In this document: piece by piece, positions 9,336 through 19,283 of the stretch
Position numbering within the stretch: the stretch's first letter is position 1
Layout: each line of letters starts with the position of its first letter
NCBI GenBank assembly: GCA_964548405.1
Contig: CAZJPW010000001.1
Span: forward strand, 4,054-68,053
Source: an uncultured Candidatus Saccharibacteria bacterium
GTDB taxonomy: Bacteria; Patescibacteriota; Minisyncoccia; Portnoybacterales; UBA2143
Direction: 5' to 3'
DNA length: 64,000 nucleotides
Made by a program: the position numbers and the translations under genes
The notes under the pieces: model-generated
Databases searched by the model: none
What the model was told of the DNA's origin: nothing
The model's input: only the letters and a program-made list of their open reading frames with translations

Positions 9336-9685
9336 ACAATAAGAAAGATATTAAGTTTGGGGAGATATACCTAGTAAATTTTAATCCAAGTGTCGGTCAT
9401 GAATATCAGGGAAAGAGACCAGCGATAGTTATCGAATCTAATAATCAAATTAAGAGAACGAATCTGGTTACCGTTCTGCCATTAACTTCGAATTTGAGCG
9501 GTAAGATGTTAGATGATATATTAGTCAAAGTTAATAAAAGTAACAATCTTTATAACGATTCAATGATTAAAGTATATAGTATTATTTCATTTGATTATTC
9601 TCGTTTCATAAAAAGGATCGGTATTGTAGATAAACAAATAATGGTCAGGATTAAAAATTATTTAAAGAAGCATTTTGATCTATAA
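9332..9685 (+). CDS. PemK/MazF family toxin (endoribonuclease)
   Basis: GEIYLVNFNPSVGHEYQGKRPAIVI, LPLTS. Confidence 0.93.
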   Translation: MNNKKDIKFGEIYLVNFNPSVGHEYQGKRPAIVIESNNQIKRTNLVTVLPLTSNLSGKMLDDILVKVNKSNNLYNDSMIKVYSIISFDYSRFIKRIGIVDKQIMVRIKNYLKKHFDL

Positions 9686-9702
9686 ATATCTATGGAATTT
9701 TT

Positions 9703-9730
9703 AAAGTCTTCGTCTCAGTGGAGGCTTTTT
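9703..9730 (+). terminator. Intrinsic terminator after toxin gene
   Basis: AAAGTCTTC..GGAGGCTTTTT. Confidence 0.6.
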
Positions 9731-9790
9731 GAGTTTAGTAAAGTCAACTTTACTAGACACGATTATTTGTGTCATATATCATAATAGCGT

Positions 9791-10498
9791 ATGAAGGAAA
9801 CAAAAAAATTACATTCTATTCAAATGGATATTCTGCGGGTTTTAATGTTTCGTCCTGAAGCCCGTTTTGCTGACTTGAATGTTCCGGAGATTTCCAATGA
9901 TCATTTTACTTTTCATGTTAAGAGATTACTTAAGCTTGGTTTAGTAGAAAAGAATGAGAAAGGAAAGTATCAATTAACTGATGCGGGTAAAGAATTTGCT
10001 AATCGTTTTGATACTGATAGTCAAGAAATAGTTTTAGAGAAACAGGCAAAGATTGGAGTTGCTATATGTTGTATTAAAAAAATAAAGGGAATCAAGAAAT
10101 ATTTAATTCAGCAGCGTTTAAAACAGCCATATTATGGATTTTATGGATTTATGACTGGTAAGGTTAGGTGGGGTGAAACAGTTGAAGAAACTGCCAAAAG
10201 GGAATTAAAGGAAGAGACTGGATTAATGGCCCAATTATCATTAGCAGGAATCAAACATAAGATGGATTATAGTAATAAAAAGAAATTATTGGAGGACAAA
10301 TATTTTTTTATCTTTAGGGGTGATAATCCCAAGGGTAAATTAATAGAATCATTTGAAGGCGGTAAGAATTTTTGGCTAACAGAGCAAGAAATTAAAAAAC
10401 TGCCTGATCTGTTTGATGGAGTAGATGAGGTAGTTAAGATGATTGGCCGTAATAAATTAGTATTTAAGGAGATAAAATATATTGTTTCTGGGTATTAA
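9791..10498 (+). CDS. Winged HTH - NUDIX hydrolase fusion
   Basis: N-terminal wHTH (FHVKRLLKLGLVEK..YQLT), Nudix box GKVRWGETVEETAKRELKEETG. Confidence 0.85.
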   Translation: MKETKKLHSIQMDILRVLMFRPEARFADLNVPEISNDHFTFHVKRLLKLGLVEKNEKGKYQLTDAGKEFANRFDTDSQEIVLEKQAKIGVAICCIKKIKGIKKYLIQQRLKQPYYGFYGFMTGKVRWGETVEETAKRELKEETGLMAQLSLAGIKHKMDYSNKKKLLEDKYFFIFRGDNPKGKLIESFEGGKNFWLTEQEIKKLPDLFDGVDEVVKMIGRNKLVFKEIKYIVSGY

Positions 10499-11847
10499 TA
10501 ATAACTATTTGGATTGACGTGCCAGATTTGTTCTACGGCTTTGGTAATGTTAGGGTTGTCAAAATAGGCTGAAAGCTGTTGAGTCCAATTAGAAGCAGAA
10601 GTAGAAATAACAGGTTCAACACCATTGCCTTCAATGGGTTGATTGTCATCTCTAAGAGTTAAAGTATGAACCAAAAAGATAGAATGCTTTTCTGTTTCTG
10701 AAATTCTGTTTTCTAATTGAAAAACTCTTTCTATCGTACCCCAGCCTCGAGTGGTTTGGCCTACAACTACGCCAACATTATATCTTTTCAAAGCAGCGAC
10801 CATTAATTCAGCTGTTGATTGGCTTTGGTTGTTAATTAAGATAATTACTTTTTTATAGGGAACCAAGCTATTGAGCCAGCCCACTTTGGTTTTAAAGGGA
10901 GTTCGTTCTCCTTGATGAAGAAATTCGTAAGCATATTGGTCATAGCCGATAAAAGGACCTATAAAATAGGGTAAGATATCAATGGAGCCTCCAATATTAT
11001 TTCTTAAATCCAGAACTAAAGTATCCAGATTTTGATCAACAACCCTATTAGTCTCAGTTTGGAATTCATCAAAAGTTACAGGAGAGAATACTTTTAAATG
11101 AATATGAAAAATATTTGGTTCAATTATTTTAGTATAAATAGTTGGTTCTGCTCCGGTCTGGTCGTATCTTTGTTTTTTAGCTTCGTCTGATAAAACTTGG
11201 TGGGCTGATTCAACTTTTTTTAATTCTTGTTTAGCTTCTTCTTTTTCGGGTTCTGGAGTGCTGGGGGCTTCAATCTTTTCTTCTAATTGAACTGTTTTTT
11301 CTTGGTAAACTTCTTCAACTTTTTCTGGAGTGGCGTTTTTAGCTACGCCTAAATCCTGGTAAAGATCTTTATCTGGATTAATATTCTGAACTCTGTTTTT
11401 TAAAGCTTGTTCATCCTGGGTTGTATAAAGGCCGCTGCGGCCCATTGGTTGGAGGTTTTGCAAGACAATCGTAGCTAATTTAGTTGTAAATTCTTGTTTT
11501 TGTTCATCATTTAAATCGGTTAATGTTTTTTCTATCATTGTTTCCAATCCTTGTTTGTCATTTGGTTCAATAGGATGAGAACCACCAATTAGTTTTTCTG
11601 TGCCTAATTGAAAAAGATTGTTTAATTCTGCTTGAGATAAAGTGTCCCAATAATTTTCTTGGATTTTATCATAGATTTCTAAAAGAAAAGCAGTGTATAT
11701 GTTTTTTTCTTCGTTTTCGGTTATTGGCTGAGTTATTATATTTTTCAAAGAATAAAAGTATCCACCCGCAGCGCCAATAACCAAAATTACTATTATAGCT
11801 ATGAGGCCAGCTGAATAAAGTAGATATTTTTTGTACTTCTTTTTCAT
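10495..11847 (-). CDS. Membrane-anchored S41 (CtpA-like) peptidase homolog with J-like insert
   Basis: N-terminal TM; VLDLRNNIGG, SQSTAE, GVEP; DLYQDLGV..AHQVLSD..RYD. Confidence 0.78.
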   Translation of the reverse strand: MKKKYKKYLLYSAGLIAIIVILVIGAAGGYFYSLKNIITQPITENEEKNIYTAFLLEIYDKIQENYWDTLSQAELNNLFQLGTEKLIGGSHPIEPNDKQGLETMIEKTLTDLNDEQKQEFTTKLATIVLQNLQPMGRSGLYTTQDEQALKNRVQNINPDKDLYQDLGVAKNATPEKVEEVYQEKTVQLEEKIEAPSTPEPEKEEAKQELKKVESAHQVLSDEAKKQRYDQTGAEPTIYTKIIEPNIFHIHLKVFSPVTFDEFQTETNRVVDQNLDTLVLDLRNNIGGSIDILPYFIGPFIGYDQYAYEFLHQGERTPFKTKVGWLNSLVPYKKVIILINNQSQSTAELMVAALKRYNVGVVVGQTTRGWGTIERVFQLENRISETEKHSIFLVHTLTLRDDNQPIEGNGVEPVISTSASNWTQQLSAYFDNPNITKAVEQIWHVNPNSYY

Positions 11848-11915
11848 ATCCTATATATCTTATCCCAACCTTAAGCTCTTGGCAAGATGGTTTTTTTAAT
11901 ATATGATATGGACAT

Positions 11916-12773
11916 ATGTCAACAACAATCCAAAACTTTGTTTCCAACTTAATTCCTTGGTTAATGTCTCATGGAGTTAAGATTTTAGTCATTATTATCG
12001 GCGCTTATGTTATCCGTCGGTTTGGCAGTGGTTTGATCGATAAGATTATTCGTAAGGCGGTCGTAGCTAAAGGATTTCTTTCGCCTGAAGCGGAAAAGAA
12101 AAGAGAAGATACTTTAATTATTGTTTTTGGAGGAATTCTAAAAGTAGTTGTTTGGGTTGGCGCTCTTTTAATGATTTTGACTGAACTAGGCGTTAATATC
12201 GGTCCCTTATTAGCCGGAGCGGGCGTAGTTGGTTTGGCTGTTGGCTTTGGCGCTCAATATATTATTCGTGATTTCTTCACTGGCCTCTTTATAATCCTAG
12301 AGAATCAATATAGGGTTGGCGACTATGTCTGTATTGGTACGACTTGCGGTACGGTTGAAGATATTAATTTAAGGATGACTGTTCTTAGGGATGCTGATGG
12401 AGCTGTTCATCATATTCCTAATGGAGAGATTAAAATTGCCACTAATAAGACTAAAGGTTTTGCCCGAATTAATTTAGTTATTGGCGTGGCTTATGATACG
12501 GATATTGAAAAGGTTAAAGCTGTGGTTAATCAAGTTGGCCAAGATATGGCCAAGGATTCAGAATGGAAAGATAAGATTCTTAAAGCCCCAGAGTTTATTA
12601 GAGTGAATAATTTTGGACCTTCTTCAGTTGATATTAAAATATCAGGCGAAGTCCAGCCCCAAGAACAATGGGCTGTTTTAGGTGAATTAAGACAAAGAAT
12701 TAAAAATGCTTTTGACATGGAAGGAATTGAAATACCTTTCCCTCAAAGTGTCATTCATCAAGCAAAGAAATAA
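11916..12773 (+). CDS. Small-conductance mechanosensitive channel MscS family
   Basis: AGAGVVGLAVGFGAQ, GTVEDINLRMT, IPNG, GIEIPFPQ. Confidence 0.93.
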   Translation: MSTTIQNFVSNLIPWLMSHGVKILVIIIGAYVIRRFGSGLIDKIIRKAVVAKGFLSPEAEKKREDTLIIVFGGILKVVVWVGALLMILTELGVNIGPLLAGAGVVGLAVGFGAQYIIRDFFTGLFIILENQYRVGDYVCIGTTCGTVEDINLRMTVLRDADGAVHHIPNGEIKIATNKTKGFARINLVIGVAYDTDIEKVKAVVNQVGQDMAKDSEWKDKILKAPEFIRVNNFGPSSVDIKISGEVQPQEQWAVLGELRQRIKNAFDMEGIEIPFPQSVIHQAKK

Positions 12774-12790
12774 TTTTATTGATTACAAGA

Positions 12791-12819
12791 TTGACATTGT
12801 AATAGCAATCTGTTATTTT
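12791..12819 (+). promoter_or_regulatory. Promoter of str operon, probably near-leaderless
   Basis: TTGACA 12791-12796, 17 bp, TATTTT, ATG 7 nt downstream. Confidence 0.55.
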
Positions 12820-12826
12820 TTAATTT

Positions 12827-13348
12827 ATGCCGACAATACAACAGCTAGTTAAAAAACCGAGAAAGATTTTAAGAAAAAAGCCAAAGGCACCAGCCCTTTG
12901 GCGAAGTTTTAATTTATTGAAAAATAAGCCTAAGAAAACATCTTCACCTTTTAAAAGAGGAGTTTGTACTAAGGTATATACAGTTACACCTAAGAAGCCT
13001 AATTCAGCCTTGCGTAAAGTGGCCCGTATTCGTTTGACTAACGGTATGGAAGTGACTGCCTATATCCCAGGCGAAGGCCATAATTTACAAGAACACTCAG
13101 TAGTTCTGATTAGAGGCGGTCGGGTTAAAGATTTACCAGGAGTTCGTTATCATGTTATTAGAGGAGTTTTGGATACCCAGGGCGTGGAAGGACGCAAACA
13201 AAAAAGGAGCCGTTATGGAGCTAAAAAGCAAAAGGCAGGTGGCGCTCCAGCGGCCAGTGGCGGCGAGAGTGAAGCCTCGCCGGCAGAGGAAGCAGCTGAG
13301 CCAGTTGAAGACTCGCCTGACGGCGAAGCAGGAAAACCAAGCGAATAA
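12827..13348 (+). CDS. rpsL: 30S ribosomal protein S12 with acidic C-terminal extension
   Basis: [29 protein letters not shown]. Confidence 0.98.
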   Translation: MPTIQQLVKKPRKILRKKPKAPALWRSFNLLKNKPKKTSSPFKRGVCTKVYTVTPKKPNSALRKVARIRLTNGMEVTAYIPGEGHNLQEHSVVLIRGGRVKDLPGVRYHVIRGVLDTQGVEGRKQKRSRYGAKKQKAGGAPAASGGESEASPAEEAAEPVEDSPDGEAGKPSE

Positions 13349-13350
13349 TT

Positions 13351-13821
13351 ATGCGTAGAAAAAGAAACGTTAAAAGAGATATCGCGCCAGATTATAAGTA
13401 TAACAATACTTTAGTGGCCAAGTTCATCAACTATCTTATGAAAGATGGTAAGAAATCTGTGGCTCAAAAAGTATTTTACGGCGCTTTTGAATATATTGAG
13501 AAAAATAACAAGGGTAAAGATGCTCTTGAGGTTTTTGATTTAGCTATTAAAAACGCTTCTCCTGTAGTAGAGGTTCGTTCCCGAAGGATTGGCGGAGCTC
13601 GCTATCAAGTTCCTAGGGAAGTAAGAGGGGAACGTAAGATCTCTTTGGCTTTCCGTTGGATTATTCAGGCGGCCCAGAGTGGTAAAGGTAAACCTATGTA
13701 TCAACGATTAGCTCAAGAATTTTTGGACGCTGCCAACAACGAAGGGGTAGCCGTCAAAAAGAAGGAAGAGACTCATAAGATTGCCGATGCTAACAAGGCC
13801 TTTGCTCATTTTGGTTGGTAA
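13351..13821 (+). CDS. rpsG: 30S ribosomal protein S7
   Basis: RRIGGARYQVP, ANKAFAHF. Confidence 0.98.
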   Translation: MRRKRNVKRDIAPDYKYNNTLVAKFINYLMKDGKKSVAQKVFYGAFEYIEKNNKGKDALEVFDLAIKNASPVVEVRSRRIGGARYQVPREVRGERKISLAFRWIIQAAQSGKGKPMYQRLAQEFLDAANNEGVAVKKKEETHKIADANKAFAHFGW

Positions 13822-13823
13822 CT

Positions 13824-14309
13824 ATGAATAAGATTCCTATTTCTCCTTTAGAAATAAGTATTATAAGAATAGAACTTGATAAGTGTCATCAAGAAAAATC
13901 AGATCTTGGCAAACAACTTGGCAAGATTATGTCGACCAGCGGGTCGTTTACCGCCAATACGCCCGGATATACAGAAACAGAGGATTCAATCAGAATTATT
14001 GAAGGGAAAATAGACCAGTATAACCAAATTTTGAAACAGACGACACCAATAAAAGATGTCGCTGAATTGCCCCAAGACCGCATCACCATATATTCCAAAG
14101 TAGTTGCCAAGGATGAGAAAGGAAAGCTAAAGAAGTATTACATTTGTCATTTACCTGATAAAAGTAGCATTAAAAACGTTGCTATAGTCACCCCTAAATC
14201 TCCAGTAGGCATAGCTTTAATAGGAAAGATGGATAATGATGTAGTTCAAATAGATTTACCCAAAGGTAAAATTGAGTTGAAGATGATAAGTCACGAGAAT
14301 ATCATATAA
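13824..14309 (+). CDS. GreA/GreB family protein lacking acidic tip residues
   Basis: N-terminal coiled coil plus C-terminal [21 protein letters not shown]. Confidence 0.75.
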   Translation: MNKIPISPLEISIIRIELDKCHQEKSDLGKQLGKIMSTSGSFTANTPGYTETEDSIRIIEGKIDQYNQILKQTTPIKDVAELPQDRITIYSKVVAKDEKGKLKKYYICHLPDKSSIKNVAIVTPKSPVGIALIGKMDNDVVQIDLPKGKIELKMISHENII

Positions 14310-14314
14310 TTAAT

Positions 14315-16432
14315 ATGTCCAGAGAATATTCATTAGAAAAGACAAGAAATATTGGCATCATTGCTCATATTGATGCTGGGAAAACCACGGTCACCGAGGG
14401 TATTTTGTATTTAACAGGAAGAACTCATAAGATTGGGGCAGTTCATGAAGGTGATACCCAGATGGACTGGATGGAACAGGAAAGAGAACGTGGTATTACT
14501 ATTACTTCGGCTGCTACGGCTTGTTCTTGGAAAACTAAACATTACGATGCTGAAGGCGAATATCGAATTAACATTATTGATACGCCGGGACATATTGATT
14601 TTACAGCTGAAGTTCAGCGTTCCTTAAGAGTTTTAGACGGAGCCGTTGTTGTTCTAGATGGAAAAATGGGCGTAGAGCCGCAATCAGAAACAGTTTGGCG
14701 CCAGGCAGATGATTTTAATGTGCCTCGTATCTGTTTTGTTAATAAAATTAATCAGATTGGTGGAGATTTCTATAAAAGCTTGGATTCAATTAGGGAAAGA
14801 TTAAGTGTTAATGCTTTTCCAGTCCAATTACCAATCGGTTTTGAAAAAGATATTAATGGAGTGGTTGATTTGGTTAAAATGAAAGCCTATATCTATAAAG
14901 ATTTCCATGATAAAGAATTAATTGAAGAGGAAGTTCCCGAAGATATTAAGGAAAAAGCGGAAAAGTATAGGAATGAGTTATTAGAAAAAGCCATAGAAGT
15001 AGATGATTCTTTAACTGAAAAATATTTAGAAGGAAAAGAAATCAGCCAACAAGAATTAGTTGGGGCTATTAGGCAAAGCACTTTAAAGGGAGGTTTCTTC
15101 CCTGTTTTTGCTGGTGATGGCCGAGGAGTTATCGTTGAAACCTTACTGGATGCTGTTGTTAACTATCTTCCTTCACCGATTGATTTGTCGGATGTGGTCG
15201 GGATTGATCCCAAAACAGAAAAAGAATTAACCAGAGAAACTAAAGATGATGCTCCTTTGGCGGCTTTAGCTTTTAAGATTGCCACCGATCCTTATGTAGG
15301 TCAGCTCTGCTATTTTAGAACCTATTCTGGAACTTGCCAAAGTGGTTCATATGTCTTAAACGCCACGACTGGCAAAAAAGAAAGGGTTGGTCGGATTGTT
15401 CGGATGCATGCTAATAAGAGAGAAGAGGTTAAAGAGATTTATGCTGGAGATATTGCTGCCATTGTTGGATTAAAAGGAACCACTACAGGCGACACTCTGT
15501 CTGATGTTGATAACCCTGTTATTCTAGAAAAGATTGAGTTTCCGGAACCAGTCATTTCTATTGCCGTTGAGCCTAAAACCAAGGCCGACCAAGAAAAGAT
15601 GGGCTTGGCTTTGAGAAAATTAGCCGAGGAAGATCCGACTTTCCAGGTTAAAGGAGATGCTGAAACCGGTCAAACAATCATTTCAGGCATGGGTGAGCTC
15701 CATTTAGAGGTTTTAGTTGATCGGATGCTTAGAGAATTCAGTGTTGGGGCCAATATTGGCAAGCCTCAAGTGGCTTATCGGGAAACAGTCAAGATTAGTG
15801 CTAAAGCTGAAGGGAAATATATTAGGCAGACCGGCGGCCGCGGACAATATGGGCACGTATTAATAGAGATTGAGCCTCAGGAAAGAAGCGAGGGGTTTGA
15901 ATTTATTGATAAGATTAAAGGCGGAGTTATTCCTCAAGAATATATTCCAGCCGTAGAAAAGGGTATTAAAGAAGCTATGGATAAAGGTGTGGTTGCTGGA
16001 TATCCTTTGGTTGATATCAAGGTGACTCTTTATGATGGATCGTACCATGATGTTGACTCTTCTGAATCAGCTTTTAAGATTGCCGGTTCAATTGCTTTAC
16101 AGGATGCAGTTAAGCATGCTGATCCAGTTTTGCTTGAGCCAATTATGAAGTTACAAGTAGTTGTTCCAGAAAAATTTATGGGTGATGTTATTGGCGATCT
16201 TAATTCTAAGAGAGGTCGGGTGGAAAAGATGGAAGATAGAGGTCAAGGAGTTAATCTAATGAAAGTAATTGATGCTCAGGTTCCTTTAGCTAGTATGTTT
16301 GGTTATGCCACTCAATTACGTTCTATGAGTCAAGGTCGGGGCACTTCGACTATGGAGTTCAGTCATTATGCTGAAGTGCCTAAAAATGTAGCTGAGGATA
16401 TTATTGGAGGCGTTGGAGTTGAAGGAAAATAA
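14315..16432 (+). CDS. fusA: Elongation factor G
   Basis: [27 protein letters not shown]. Confidence 0.98.
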   Translation: MSREYSLEKTRNIGIIAHIDAGKTTVTEGILYLTGRTHKIGAVHEGDTQMDWMEQERERGITITSAATACSWKTKHYDAEGEYRINIIDTPGHIDFTAEVQRSLRVLDGAVVVLDGKMGVEPQSETVWRQADDFNVPRICFVNKINQIGGDFYKSLDSIRERLSVNAFPVQLPIGFEKDINGVVDLVKMKAYIYKDFHDKELIEEEVPEDIKEKAEKYRNELLEKAIEVDDSLTEKYLEGKEISQQELVGAIRQSTLKGGFFPVFAGDGRGVIVETLLDAVVNYLPSPIDLSDVVGIDPKTEKELTRETKDDAPLAALAFKIATDPYVGQLCYFRTYSGTCQSGSYVLNATTGKKERVGRIVRMHANKREEVKEIYAGDIAAIVGLKGTTTGDTLSDVDNPVILEKIEFPEPVISIAVEPKTKADQEKMGLALRKLAEEDPTFQVKGDAETGQTIISGMGELHLEVLVDRMLREFSVGANIGKPQVAYRETVKISAKAEGKYIRQTGGRGQYGHVLIEIEPQERSEGFEFIDKIKGGVIPQEYIPAVEKGIKEAMDKGVVAGYPLVDIKVTLYDGSYHDVDSSESAFKIAGSIALQDAVKHADPVLLEPIMKLQVVVPEKFMGDVIGDLNSKRGRVEKMEDRGQGVNLMKVIDAQVPLASMFGYATQLRSMSQGRGTSTMEFSHYAEVPKNVAEDIIGGVGVEGK

Positions 16433-16437
16433 TTATT

Positions 16438-16698
16438 ATGTGGGAAAAAATTAAAAAAATATTGTCTAAGGGCGGGGGTAAATGTGTTATAATAGAAAAC
16501 GAAGAGAGTTATGTGATTGTTAAGTGGGAGAACTATGAAAAAATGATAGATACTTGTTTTGTAGAAACACAGGAAGCCAACCGTAATATTGATCACTGGA
16601 AGGCAGAGGAGAATGCTAAGAGCGAGCCGGCGGTCAGTCAAGTAGACAGAGATAATGGGGATAAGGCCGAGGTTAAGATAGAAGATTTACCGTTTTAG
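16438..16698 (+). CDS. Hypothetical protein (Phd/YefM-like N-terminus, EDLPF tail)
   Basis: Co-oriented ORF filling fusA-tuf gap. Confidence 0.7.
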   Translation: MWEKIKKILSKGGGKCVIIENEESYVIVKWENYEKMIDTCFVETQEANRNIDHWKAEENAKSEPAVSQVDRDNGDKAEVKIEDLPF

Positions 16699-16718
16699 GT
16701 AAATTCCTCCTGTATGTA

Positions 16719-16747
16719 TTGACAAAGAGGGCTTTTTTTGTTAATTT
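16719..16747 (+). promoter_or_regulatory. Putative promoter for tuf
   Basis: TTGACA, 17 bp, TAATTT. Confidence 0.5.
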
Positions 16748-16855
16748 TTAAATATAGATAGTAATAAACTAAATTTAATAAAGACAAAGAATTTTGGATA
16801 ATGACCAATTAATGTTTTTTTTGTTCATTATTTAAATCTGTTGTCTAATGCCATT

Positions 16856-18055
16856 ATGGCCGAAAAATTTGAAAGAAGTAAACCACATCTTAATATAGGG
16901 ACAATTGGTCATGTTGACCATGGTAAAACAACCTTAACGGCTGCAATTTTAAAATGTTTATCAGCCGCTGGATTTACTTCACAAGATAAAGGTGTTGACC
17001 AAATTGATAACGCACCTGAAGAAAAGGCGCGTGGTTTGACTATTGCCGTATCTCACGTTGAGTATGAGACTGAAAAGCGGCATTATGCTCACATTGATTG
17101 TCCTGGTCACGCTGACTACATTAAGAATATGATTACCGGGGCAGCCCAGATGGACGGTGGAATCCTAGTTGTTTCTGCTGCTGATGGAGCTATGCCTCAA
17201 ACACGCGAGCATATTCTTTTAGCCCGTCAAGTCGGTCTGCCTGCTTTGGTTATCTTTTTGAATAAAGTAGATCAGGTTGACGATTCAGAAATGGTTGATT
17301 TGGTTGAGCAGGAGATAAGGGAGCTTTTAACCAAGTATGAGTTTGATGGAGAAAAGATCCCTGTTATTCGCGGTTCAGCTTTACAAGCTTTAGAATGTGG
17401 CTGTGGCAAAGAAGATTGCGACAAATGTGGTCCTATCTTGCAATTAATGAAAGAGGTTGATCAGAATATTCCTGAGCCAAAAAGAGCAGTTGATGAACCT
17501 TTCTTGATGCCGGTTGAAGACGTTTTCTCTATTGAAGGACGAGGTACTGTAGCAACTGGTAGAATTGAAAGAGGACAGGTTAAAGTTGGTGAAGAAATTG
17601 AAATTATTGGTATCAAAGATACTCAAAAAACAACCATTACTGGTATTGAAATGTTTAATAAATCTCTTGATGTAGGACAGGCTGGCGATAATGCTGGTAT
17701 CCTTTTAAGAGGCACTAAGAGAGAAGACATTGAAAGAGGACAGGTATTAGTCAAGCCAGGCAGCGTTACTCCTCATACTGAGTTTGAAGGCGAGGTATAT
17801 ATTTTAAGCAAAGAGGAAGGCGGACGTCATACTCCTTTCTTTAGTGGATACAAGCCTCAATTCTATATCCGAACTACCGATGTGACTGGTGATGTTACTT
17901 TGCCCGAAGGTACAGAAATGGTTATGCCAGGTGATACAGTTAATGTTAAGGTTAAATTAGTAGCCCCAGTTGCCTTGGAGAATAAGCAGAGATTTGCTAT
18001 TCGAGAAGGTGGTAAGACAGTTGGCGCTGGAGTAGTTACTAAGATTTCTAAATAG
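16856..18055 (+). CDS. tuf: Elongation factor Tu
   Basis: [31 protein letters not shown]. Confidence 0.99.
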   Translation: MAEKFERSKPHLNIGTIGHVDHGKTTLTAAILKCLSAAGFTSQDKGVDQIDNAPEEKARGLTIAVSHVEYETEKRHYAHIDCPGHADYIKNMITGAAQMDGGILVVSAADGAMPQTREHILLARQVGLPALVIFLNKVDQVDDSEMVDLVEQEIRELLTKYEFDGEKIPVIRGSALQALECGCGKEDCDKCGPILQLMKEVDQNIPEPKRAVDEPFLMPVEDVFSIEGRGTVATGRIERGQVKVGEEIEIIGIKDTQKTTITGIEMFNKSLDVGQAGDNAGILLRGTKREDIERGQVLVKPGSVTPHTEFEGEVYILSKEEGGRHTPFFSGYKPQFYIRTTDVTGDVTLPEGTEMVMPGDTVNVKVKLVAPVALENKQRFAIREGGKTVGAGVVTKISK

Positions 18056-18065
18056 TTGTTTATCT

Positions 18066-18101
18066 AAAGTCCTGCCTAGAGTTTTACTCGGGCAGGACTT
18101 T
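18066..18101 (+). terminator. Strong hairpin after tuf
   Basis: AAAGTCCTGCC..GGCAGGACTTT. Confidence 0.7.
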
Positions 18102-18117
18102 GGTTAGAATAATAACG

Positions 18118-18450
18118 ATGGCACCTAAAAAAGACGAAGAAATAAAACAGAGAATTCGTATCAGAATTCAAGCTTACGATCACAAGTTAATTGATCAATC
18201 AGTTAAGCAAATCGTTGAGACGGTTGAGCGTTACGGCGTTAATATTCGTGGGCCGGTCCCTTTGCCAACCGCAATTCATAAATATACGGTTAACCGGGCT
18301 ACTTTTGTTCATAAGAAGTCGCGCGAGCAGTATGAAATGAGGATTCATAAGAGATTGATTGACATTCTTAACCCCGGTTCCAAGGTTATTGATGCCTTGA
18401 TGGAGTTAACATTACCAGCGGGTGTTGATATCGAGATAAAGATGATTTAA
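18118..18450 (+). CDS. rpsJ: 30S ribosomal protein S10
   Basis: [23 protein letters not shown]. Confidence 0.97.
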   Translation: MAPKKDEEIKQRIRIRIQAYDHKLIDQSVKQIVETVERYGVNIRGPVPLPTAIHKYTVNRATFVHKKSREQYEMRIHKRLIDILNPGSKVIDALMELTLPAGVDIEIKMI

Positions 18451-18536
18451 GATGAAAAATCTTTATTAACATGTGGCCGGGGCTATCCCCGGTTTTTCTT
18501 TAGAAAAACTGTATAACAAAAACTCTTTAGAAAAAT

Positions 18537-19283
18537 ATGAAATTTATATTAGGTAAAAAATTAGGTATGAGCCAAATATTTGGCGATCAAGACAAAGTTA
18601 TTCCAGTAACTTTAGTTGAGGCTGGTCCATGTCAGGTAACTCAAGTAAGAACTGAAGAAAAAGACGGTTACTCAGCTGTTCAAATTGGTTTTGGATTGAA
18701 GAAAGATAAGCAGACTAACAAGGCTCAGCAAGGTCATTTTAAAAAAGCAGGTGCTAAAGGAAACTTCCGCTATTCAAGAGAATTTAAAGCAGAAGGTTTT
18801 AAAATAGGTGATAAGATAGATGCTGGTATTTTTAATCCTGGTGAGATAGTCAGGGTAAGTGGTATTTCTAAAGGTAAAGGATTTCAGGGTGTGGTCAAAA
18901 GACACGGTTTTTCCGGAGCTAATGCTACTCATGGAACCAAGCATAATGAAAGGGCGCCTGGTTCGATTGGTTCCGCTTGGCCTCAAAGAGTTTTCAAGGG
19001 TAAAAGAATGGCCGGCCGCATGGGCAGTGATCGAACAACTATTAAAGGATTGGAAATAGCAGAGGTTAATAAGGATCAAAATATTTTAGCTATTAAAGGA
19101 GCTTTACCAGGTAAGATAGGAACTTTATTAGAAATAGTAGCTACTAAAGAGATTGAGTCAGTTAAGGAAGACGAAGAAAAAAAAGTAGAGGAAATTACTA
19201 AAAAGAGGAAAGACGAGGCTGAAGCCCCAATTAAAAAAGATAAAGACGAAAGCGAAGATTCAACTAAGAAAGATAAAGAATAA
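18537..19283 (+). CDS. rplC: 50S ribosomal protein L3
   Basis: GKKLGMSQ, SKGKGFQG, PGSIG. Confidence 0.97.
   Translation: MKFILGKKLGMSQIFGDQDKVIPVTLVEAGPCQVTQVRTEEKDGYSAVQIGFGLKKDKQTNKAQQGHFKKAGAKGNFRYSREFKAEGFKIGDKIDAGIFNPGEIVRVSGISKGKGFQGVVKRHGFSGANATHGTKHNERAPGSIGSAWPQRVFKGKRMAGRMGSDRTTIKGLEIAEVNKDQNILAIKGALPGKIGTLLEIVATKEIESVKEDEEKKVEEITKKRKDEAEAPIKKDKDESEDSTKKDKE

Noticed and set aside
16770-16840. Possible long hairpin in the tuf leader
   Set aside because: Pairing is mostly A-U/G-U in very AT-rich sequence; cannot be distinguished from chance without covariation
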